Virus record (IMG/VR): IMGVR_UViG_2585427776_000008 | Reading direction: 5' to 3' (one strand) | Origin: a virus | Lineage: Duplodnaviria > Heunggongvirae > Uroviricota > Caudoviricetes | Length of the DNA: 5,349 nucleotides | In this document: piece by piece, positions 1 to 5,349 of the stretch | Numbering within the stretch: position 1 is the stretch's first letter | Layout of the letters: every line of letters starts with the position of its first letter | Position numbers and translations under genes: made by a program | The notes under the pieces: generated by a model | Told to the model about the DNA's origin: nothing | Database searches by the model: none | Seen by the model: the letters and a program-made list of their open reading frames with translations, nothing else

Positions 1-732
1 TTTTTTCCACGTATCAAGCGTGATAGCACTCGTCACTTTGCATATGGCATTAAATGCCTCCGTTGATGGTAGTCTTTCACAGCCACGACCACCACAACGC
101 TGGCAGTCTCTGATAACAGGCATACCACGTTTTACCGACTCTTCACGATGAATGGCGACACCACGCCCACGGCAATCCTTACAGGCGGTGGAAACCTCAC
201 CCTTTCCGCCACACTCCGGACAGGCAACTTTTACCACCTCCCTGACTTTTTTCCATTCTTCCCAGTAAGACGGATACACACCTTTCGTACACTTTGCCCA
301 TACCGGCGGCTTACCATCCGGATACTGGACCTTGTTTGTAAAAACTACGCTTTCAATAAATTTTTCCCCATAGCAACAAGGGCACTGCTTTTTACTCGCT
401 GCGCTGCGGGCATAATCCTCAAAAGCGTACGAAGCCATAATGCGCATCACTACCGGTTTTATTTCTGCCGGGAGTTTTCTTAACGCCGCCACGCGATCAC
501 ACCGACTGAGTGCATATTCTGTCAGCAATTCTGTTGCCCGCTCTCTGTCATTCATACTAATGCCCATTTTCCCAAGGAACGCAGAAAACCCCATCTCAGC
601 CCGATTCTGTGTCATGCCCTGCGCGGCCATCACATCAGTGATACTCAGCGCATCTTTCGACGTTGAGGCCGATGCATCAGTCAGGCCGGGGGATTTTGGG
701 GAGTAGTATTTCGGTAAATCTTCCAGTTTCAT
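1..732 (-). CDS. Phage late-gene antitermination protein Q (Q82/QuuQ-like family), C-terminal end truncated by the window edge
   Basis: Hand translation of the minus strand from ATG at 732-730 gives 244 codons with no stop down to position 1 (MKLEDLPKYYSPKSPGLTDASAST...). It contains DnaJ-like CxxCxGxG zinc-finger repeats (CPECGGKG, CKDCRGRG, CQRCGGRG). The start overlaps the rusA stop in an ATGA arrangement. Position immediately downstream of rusA matches lambdoid gene order. Family assignment is from memory, not a search. Confidence 0.75.
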   Translation of the reverse strand, partial: MKLEDLPKYYSPKSPGLTDASASTSKDALSITDVMAAQGMTQNRAEMGFSAFLGKMGISMNDRERATELLTEYALSRCDRVAALRKLPAEIKPVVMRIMASYAFEDYARSAASKKQCPCCYGEKFIESVVFTNKVQYPDGKPPVWAKCTKGVYPSYWEEWKKVREVVKVACPECGGKGEVSTACKDCRGRGVAIHREESVKRGMPVIRDCQRCGGRGCERLPSTEAFNAICKVTSAITLDTWKK

Positions 733-1109
733 TTTTTGACCTGCCCTTCAAGCATTATGGGGTAAATCTTCACCCCCAGACGTCCACCAGATACTGGCTG
801 AGCACGAACGATATTGATTTCATCAAACTGCTCATCGTCCATTAGCAACCCCGCATGCGTCAGCGCATCCAGCGGCGCTTTCAGAATATTGTCCAGGTCA
901 CGGCGGCGCTTATCCGGTGGTTCTGCAATAATTTTTATTGCCAACCTTCCGGACAGGCTTAATTTCAGCCGCTGCTGGCGAACAATAAGCGCCACTGCCC
1001 GGCGATAACGCTCCCCGGCTTTTGATACAAAATATGTGCTGCCACGACGACGCCAGTAAGTGTTCACCGTTGGCGGGTAAGGCAAAACAAATTCTATGCG
1101 TTCAGTCAT
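729..1109 (-). CDS. rusA: Holliday junction resolvase RusA (crossover junction endodeoxyribonuclease)
   Basis: 126-aa ORF with the RusA acidic active-site region (PDKRRRDLDNILKAPLDAL) and overall similarity to K-12 RusA as recalled. Start ATG at 1109 directly abuts the TAA stop of the upstream ORF (TAAATG), with a GGAAAG Shine-Dalgarno about 7 nt upstream. Confidence 0.9.
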   Translation of the reverse strand: MTERIEFVLPYPPTVNTYWRRRGSTYFVSKAGERYRRAVALIVRQQRLKLSLSGRLAIKIIAEPPDKRRRDLDNILKAPLDALTHAGLLMDDEQFDEINIVRAQPVSGGRLGVKIYPIMLEGQVKK

Positions 1110-2165
1110 TTATGCTTTCCACTTCAAAACACCCGAATTTCTCGCGTGCATTAAAAAACGAATCAGCAACAACAGTTGGCTGCCGTGTTTTTCTTCAAAA
1201 TCTTTTACCCCGGCGTGTAGTTCGCTATGGCATTTACGGCACAGCGGAATAACAAACAAATCATCAGCCTTTGTTCCCATCCCTCCCAGTCCATGACCAA
1301 TGATGTGATGCGGATCATCTGCCTGATTGCCACACGTCATGCATTTCTGCGTTTTTACCCAACGCGTGTATACAGGCATCTCTTCCCGTTGTGATTTCTG
1401 GCGCTGGAGATACTGAGCCGGTGACTCCGGATCAACGGCAATGCTGACCACCGTCTTTTCCTGTGGCGGGGTTTGCTGGTGGGGGTGAGGCAGCGGCGCA
1501 AGATTTTTTGTGCGCTGCTTCAGTATGCTGGTGGCGGTCTGCTCTCCCGGTACGATGTCGCTTTCACGGTACATTGAGCGGATTTTTTCCGCACGCAACC
1601 CCAGCGAACGACGTAATACCGCTTCCGGTAGCGCGTCCGCCACCTGATTGCGGACCGCCCACCAGGATAATTCAGCCAGCGATAATTCCCGTTCCTGCGA
1701 GCCATTCATTGCATGGCGTATGACGTCAATCATCCATGCAAACAGGTTTTGGTGAGCAAGTTGCCCGAGTGATTCGGAGGTCTGGTCGCGCAGCTGGTTG
1801 TCGCAGTGCCAGCACAACACCATTGCGCCGGTACCATAACGGTGAATGACGGTTTCACTGTGGTGATAATCGCCGTGTGGCCACTGGCAGGATTTAACAT
1901 GGCGCAGTAACCAGTCAGACAATGCGCCAGCGCCACCAGCAGCACGAATCACTCGTTCGTCGCTGAAAAATGGCAGTAATGATTTATCCTCCGCCAGCGG
2001 CTGGCGAACGGCAGGAACGACCCCGGACGGCAGATTACGCATGCTTTTCGGTTCCGGCTCCACCAGTACCCGGGTATTGTGGAATACCGGCATGGATTCA
2101 CGGCCCGGCTTAACGATCACCAGCCCGAGTTCCGGTACCAGAACAGGTCGAAGTAATACCCGCAC
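1110..2165 (-). CDS. DUF968 family prophage protein (YdfU-like) with Cys/His-rich HNH-like zinc-binding motifs
   Basis: 351-aa ORF beginning MRVLLRPVLVPELGL, which I recall as YdfU-like. It has CWHCDNQ and CMTCGNQ...HHIIGH...CRKCHSELH motifs. The start is GTG at 2165-2163, preceded by a strong GGAGG Shine-Dalgarno 5 nt upstream that lies in the end of the preceding ORF. Confidence 0.8.
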   Translation of the reverse strand: MRVLLRPVLVPELGLVIVKPGRESMPVFHNTRVLVEPEPKSMRNLPSGVVPAVRQPLAEDKSLLPFFSDERVIRAAGGAGALSDWLLRHVKSCQWPHGDYHHSETVIHRYGTGAMVLCWHCDNQLRDQTSESLGQLAHQNLFAWMIDVIRHAMNGSQERELSLAELSWWAVRNQVADALPEAVLRRSLGLRAEKIRSMYRESDIVPGEQTATSILKQRTKNLAPLPHPHQQTPPQEKTVVSIAVDPESPAQYLQRQKSQREEMPVYTRWVKTQKCMTCGNQADDPHHIIGHGLGGMGTKADDLFVIPLCRKCHSELHAGVKDFEEKHGSQLLLLIRFLMHARNSGVLKWKA

Positions 2166-2166
2166 G

Positions 2167-2439
2167 TTACCTCCAGATGCGTTGCTGGAATGTGCGGGAC
2201 GGACGCGGTGGGCGTTCAGAGTAAGGAAGCCTGACGGAGATTATCCAGTGACGATAATCGAGGCTGAGGGCTTTCTTAATCTCGTATCCGCGTCTGCGGT
2301 AGTTATGAATTAGCCATTCGGCCTGTTCTTCAGTACATGGTGGGTGTTGGTACCAGTCGGTTTTAAATGCGTGTGAACGCCGCCCATGCCGGATGGCAAG
2401 GTCGGTATCAGAATTGTGAAATTTGGTTTTGTGCGCCAT
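2167..2439 (-). CDS. Hypothetical small prophage protein (90 aa); positional equivalent of rem in K-12 Qin, identity not confirmed
   Basis: Open frame MAHKTKFHNSDTDLAIRHG... with TAA stop at 2169-2167, one nucleotide before the GTG start of the downstream gene (translational coupling). The Shine-Dalgarno is weak and no recognisable motif was found. A candidate promoter (-10 TACAAT at 2491-2496) sits just upstream. Confidence 0.5.
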   Translation of the reverse strand: MAHKTKFHNSDTDLAIRHGRRSHAFKTDWYQHPPCTEEQAEWLIHNYRRRGYEIKKALSLDYRHWIISVRLPYSERPPRPSRTFQQRIWR

Positions 2440-2507
2440 CTGTTTTCTCTGCTGGCGCAGCAGGTGTCAGGTGTTCAGGCTGACGTGCGAATTGTAAACC
2501 AGAATGC

Positions 2508-2548
2508 CAGAAAAAAACAAACCCCGCCGAACCGGGTTAAGTGCGGGT
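2508..2548 (-). terminator. Putative intrinsic terminator at the 3' end of the hok mRNA
   Basis: On the minus strand, a GC-rich stem (CCCGC...GCGGG) is followed by GUUUGUUUUUUU (plus-strand A-run at 2511-2521), about 60-100 nt downstream of the hok stop. Confidence 0.45.
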
Positions 2549-2558
2549 GCGTTGAGGA
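2543..2558 (-). promoter_or_regulatory. fbi-like 3' element of the hok mRNA, complementary to the mRNA 5' end
   Basis: The mRNA sequence here (UCCUCAACGCACCCGC) is complementary to the predicted 5' end of the hok transcript (GCGGGUGCUUGAGG, plus coordinates 2921-2938), with an 8-bp and a 6-bp helix around a small bulge. This matches the tac/fbi long-range pairing described for hok mRNAs. Confidence 0.4.
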
Positions 2559-2606
2559 TGCCTGACACATCAGAGGTGGCGAGGGATTTCTCCCCCGCCA
2601 GGTCTC

Positions 2607-2762
2607 TTACTCCTCAGGTTCGTAAGCTGTGAAGACAGCGACCTCCGTCTGGCCGGTTCGGAGTCGTACCTCGCAGAGGTCTTTCCTCGTTACCAGTGCC
2701 GTCACTATGACGGTTAAACAGATGACGATCAGGGCGATTAACATCGCCTTTTGCTGCTTCAT
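2607..2762 (-). CDS. hok: Hok/Gef family type I toxin (HokD/RelF-like), 51 aa
   Basis: Translation MKQQKAMLIALIVICLTVIVTALVTRKDLCEVRLRTGQTEVAVFTAYEPEE is near-identical to E. coli HokD (RelF) as recalled. It has a single transmembrane helix and a TAA stop at 2609-2607. Confidence 0.9.
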   Translation of the reverse strand: MKQQKAMLIALIVICLTVIVTALVTRKDLCEVRLRTGQTEVAVFTAYEPEE

Positions 2763-2819
2763 AGCCTGCTTCCCCTTGCCTTTCGGCACGTAAGAGGCTA
2801 ACCTACATTTGTGAGACAT
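2607..2819 (-). CDS. mok: mok-like reading frame (in-frame 19-codon N-terminal extension of hok)
   Basis: ATG at 2819-2817 with a GAGG Shine-Dalgarno 8 nt upstream, same frame and stop as hok. This is the arrangement annotated for chromosomal mokC/hokC. Function is inferred by analogy only. Confidence 0.55.
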   Translation of the reverse strand: MSHKCRLASYVPKGKGKQAMKQQKAMLIALIVICLTVIVTALVTRKDLCEVRLRTGQTEVAVFTAYEPEE

Positions 2820-2824
2820 AGATT

Positions 2825-2900
2825 GGGCCTCAGATTAATGTTAAGCGTCTTGCAGGACGCGAAATGTTAACTGGGGCTTTTCTCTATCTGCCTTTCAGTG
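2825..2900 (+). ncRNA. Candidate Sok-like antisense RNA covering the mok translation initiation region (coordinates approximate)
   Basis: Inferred from hok/sok architecture: the region antisense to the mok Shine-Dalgarno and start. A plus-strand hairpin GCGTCTTGCAGGACGC lies at 2845-2860, followed by a T-rich stretch (GGGGCTTTTCTCTATCTGCCTTTC). No strong sigma70 promoter was identified; the best candidate is TTGCCT-17-TAACCT at 2776-2804. Confidence 0.3.
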
Positions 2901-2920
2901 TTCATGCCTGAGACAGATAG

Positions 2921-2938
2921 CCTCAAGCACCCGCAGCC
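2921..2938 (-). promoter_or_regulatory. tac-like 5' element of the hok mRNA
   Basis: The minus-strand sequence GGCUGCGGGUGCUUGAGG resembles the conserved 5' end of hok mRNAs and is complementary to the 3' element at 2543-2558. Confidence 0.4.
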
Positions 2939-2967
2939 ATTCTACTTAACTCACGTCACCTCGCCAA
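2939..2967 (-). promoter_or_regulatory. Candidate sigma70 promoter for the hok/mok transcript
   Basis: Minus-strand -35 TTGGCG (2967-2962), 17-bp spacer, -10 TAGAAT (2944-2939). The predicted start near 2932 would place the tac-like element at the transcript 5' end. Confidence 0.4.
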
Positions 2968-2999
2968 TATGAAATCAATCAGAAAGGTGATCCATAAAA

Positions 3000-3686
3000 T
3001 CACTCCTTCTCTTCTTTTCCGTAGTGGAGTTGGCCAATTTTGATAAGAGGGCGTCCCTGAGATTTGCGGTGTAGATTGGTATCGCGCAGAGAATACACAC
3101 AGCCACAATATTCCTGCTGATAGAATTTTTCGCGCTTGCTGATTTCAATCATACGGGACGAGCCGCCCTGCTTGCGCCAGTTATAATCCCAGTACACCAT
3201 ACCCGGATAATGCGCAACAGCTCGCCGCCCACACTCGTTAACCTGCTGCATATTTTTCCAGCGTGAAATGCCCAGTGAACTGCTGATCACACTGAAACCA
3301 TTTTCAGCAGCGTACAACGCTGTCCGCTCAAAACGCATGTCAAAACACATGGTACAACGGATCCCCCTCTCAGGCTCCCATTCCATTCCTTTGGCACGTT
3401 CAAACCAGTTGTCGGTGTCGTAATCAGCATCGATAAACGGCACGCCGTGTTGTTCAGCAAAGCGAATATTTTCATCCTTACGAATTAAATACTCTTTCTG
3501 AGGATGAATGTTCGGGTTGTAGAAAAAGATGGTGTAGTCGATTCCCGAGGCCTGAAGCGCCTCCATCACTTCACCGGAACATGGAGCACAGCAAGAGTGC
3601 AGTAGTAGTTTGTTTGCCCCGTTTGGGAGCTCCAATTTAGGCCGTTTGAAATCAGCAATAGTCATAAATATTTTTATTGGGGTCAT
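3000..3686 (-). CDS. queH: QueH-like epoxyqueuosine reductase (DUF208 family), putative prophage cargo gene
   Basis: 228-aa ORF carrying the DUF208/QueH hallmarks as I recall them: [35 protein letters not shown] and [12 protein letters not shown] (the Cys ligand set). There are two in-frame candidate starts (ATG at 3686 and 3665), both with weak Shine-Dalgarno sequences. The protein has N- and C-terminal extensions relative to the recalled core. Confidence 0.8.
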   Translation of the reverse strand: MTPIKIFMTIADFKRPKLELPNGANKLLLHSCCAPCSGEVMEALQASGIDYTIFFYNPNIHPQKEYLIRKDENIRFAEQHGVPFIDADYDTDNWFERAKGMEWEPERGIRCTMCFDMRFERTALYAAENGFSVISSSLGISRWKNMQQVNECGRRAVAHYPGMVYWDYNWRKQGGSSRMIEISKREKFYQQEYCGCVYSLRDTNLHRKSQGRPLIKIGQLHYGKEEKE

Positions 3687-3862
3687 GAAAATAGCACAGA
3701 GTGTAGCATCAGAGCAGGGCTATCGGGAATATATGTCTAAATCTGGTAATATCTGGTTTTGACGCAAAGCGGACAACCACGCTGGCTCTACCCTGCGCCA
3801 TGAAAATGTCAATTCACATCTGAACTAATGCTCTTTAATCTAGTAACGTCTAAAATACCTAA

Positions 3863-3878
3863 GGAAGGTGCGAACAAG
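3863..3878 (+). repeat. IS5 left terminal inverted repeat
   Basis: GGAAGGTGCGAACAAG; the flanking 4 bp outside is CTAA (3859-3862). Confidence 0.9.
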
Positions 3879-3885
3879 TTCCTGA

Positions 3886-4911
<1,026 letters not shown>

Positions 4912-5042
4912 AAACCGGAAATAACGCCAGAAATGGTGGAAAAAATAGCCTAAATAGGCTGATTCGATGTGTTTGCGGGAAAAAAATCGGCCCAGATCCG
5001 AGAAATTTTAATCAGCGAGTCAGCTTGGGAAGAAATGACCTG

Positions 5043-5058
5043 CTTATTCGCACCTTCC
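5043..5058 (+). repeat. IS5 right terminal inverted repeat
   Basis: CTTATTCGCACCTTCC (reverse complement GGAAGGTGCGAATAAG); the flanking 4 bp outside is TTAA (5059-5062). Confidence 0.9.
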
Positions 5059-5097
5059 TTAAGTGACAACCCCGCTGCAACGCCCCCTGTTATCAAT

Positions 5098-5155
5098 TTT
5101 CTGGTGACGTTTGGCGGTATCAGTTTTACTCCGTGACTGCTCTGCCGCCCTTTTT
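5098..5155 (+). ncRNA. dicF: DicF small regulatory RNA (Qin prophage sRNA that inhibits ftsZ translation) with its terminator U-tract
   Basis: TTTCTGGTGACGTTTGGCGGTATCAGTTTTACTCCGTGACTGCTCTGCCGCCC followed by TTTTT matches the 53-nt DicF sequence as I recall it. The GGCGG...CCGCC terminator stem is present, and dicB lies about 170 bp downstream, as in the K-12 dicB operon. Confidence 0.8.
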
Positions 5156-5159
5156 AAAG

Positions 5160-5307
5160 TGAATTTTGTGATGCGGTGAATGCGGCTGAGCGCACGCGGA
5201 ACAGTTAAAACCAAAAACAGTGTTATGGGTGGATTCTCTGTATCCGGCGTTAATTGTTAACTGGTTAACGTCACCTGGAAGCACCAGGCACCGCATCACA
5301 AAATTCA
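5160..5307 (+). repeat. Perfect 19-bp inverted repeat (arms 5160-5178 and 5289-5307) enclosing a 110-bp spacer between dicF and dicB
   Basis: Arm 1 is TGAATTTTGTGATGCGGTG; arm 2 is CACCGCATCACAAAATTCA, its exact reverse complement. The spacer contains three GTTAA motifs (5249, 5256, 5264) and a small CCTGG/CCAGG hairpin. Arm 2 ends 18 nt before the dicB ATG. Confidence 0.8.
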
Positions 5308-5324
5308 TTGTTGAGGACGCGATA

Positions 5325-5349
5325 ATGGAAACGTTATTACCAAACGTTA
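5325..5349 (+). CDS. dicB: Cell division inhibitor DicB, first 8 codons only (continues beyond the window)
   Basis: ATG at 5325 with a GAGGA Shine-Dalgarno 7 nt upstream. METLLPNV matches the DicB N-terminus recalled as MKTLLPNV, directly downstream of DicF. Confidence 0.7.

Noticed and set aside
148-1296. Plus-strand ORFs 148..483, 440..706, 663..845, 814..1008, 1022..1252 and 1096..1296
   Set aside because: All lie antisense to or overlapping the well-supported minus-strand Q and rusA genes, with no motifs or ribosome-binding sites. They are treated as shadow ORFs.
1463-2313. ORFs 1463..1723 (+), 1520..1705 (-), 1730..1945 (-) and 2041..2313 (+)
   Set aside because: They are alternative-frame or antisense ORFs inside the DUF968 (YdfU-like) coding region and the 90-aa ORF. 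They have low-complexity Pro/Arg-rich translations typical of off-frame reading.
3287-3475. 62-aa ORF on the minus strand inside queH
   Set aside because: It is in a different frame, embedded in the motif-bearing queH frame.
5035-5136. 34-codon ORF starting inside the IS5 right end and reading through the junction into DicF
   Set aside because: It is a junction artefact with no Shine-Dalgarno, ending inside a known sRNA. It is noted only as evidence that the junction frame is open.
5126-5308. 60-aa minus-strand ORF MNFVMRCLVLPGD...
   Set aside because: It overlaps the DicF terminator and spans both arms of the 19-bp inverted repeat. The sequence is better explained as RNA structure or regulatory DNA than as a protein.
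5325-5349. Right-edge ORF METLLPNV considered as a lambda nin-region small protein
   Set aside because: The N-terminus and its position immediately downstream of a DicF match fit DicB better, so the nin-protein idea was dropped.

Overview
This window is a segment of a Qin-like lambdoid prophage from an enterobacterium (E. coli-like), interrupted by an IS5 element. On the minus strand, read from high to low coordinates, it carries a QueH-like (DUF208) epoxyqueuosine reductase gene, a complete hok/mok type I toxin locus, a 90-aa ORF, a YdfU-like DUF968 protein, rusA, and a Q-type late antiterminator that runs off the left edge. To the right of IS5 (about 3863-5058) on the plus strand are the DicF sRNA and the first codons of dicB. 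The most notable points are the queH-like gene in the slot where K-12 Qin (from memory) carries relBE, and the IS5 junction, which has non-matching 4-bp flanks and sits 39 bp upstream of DicF. All protein identifications rest on motif recognition and recall of known sequences; no database search was run.
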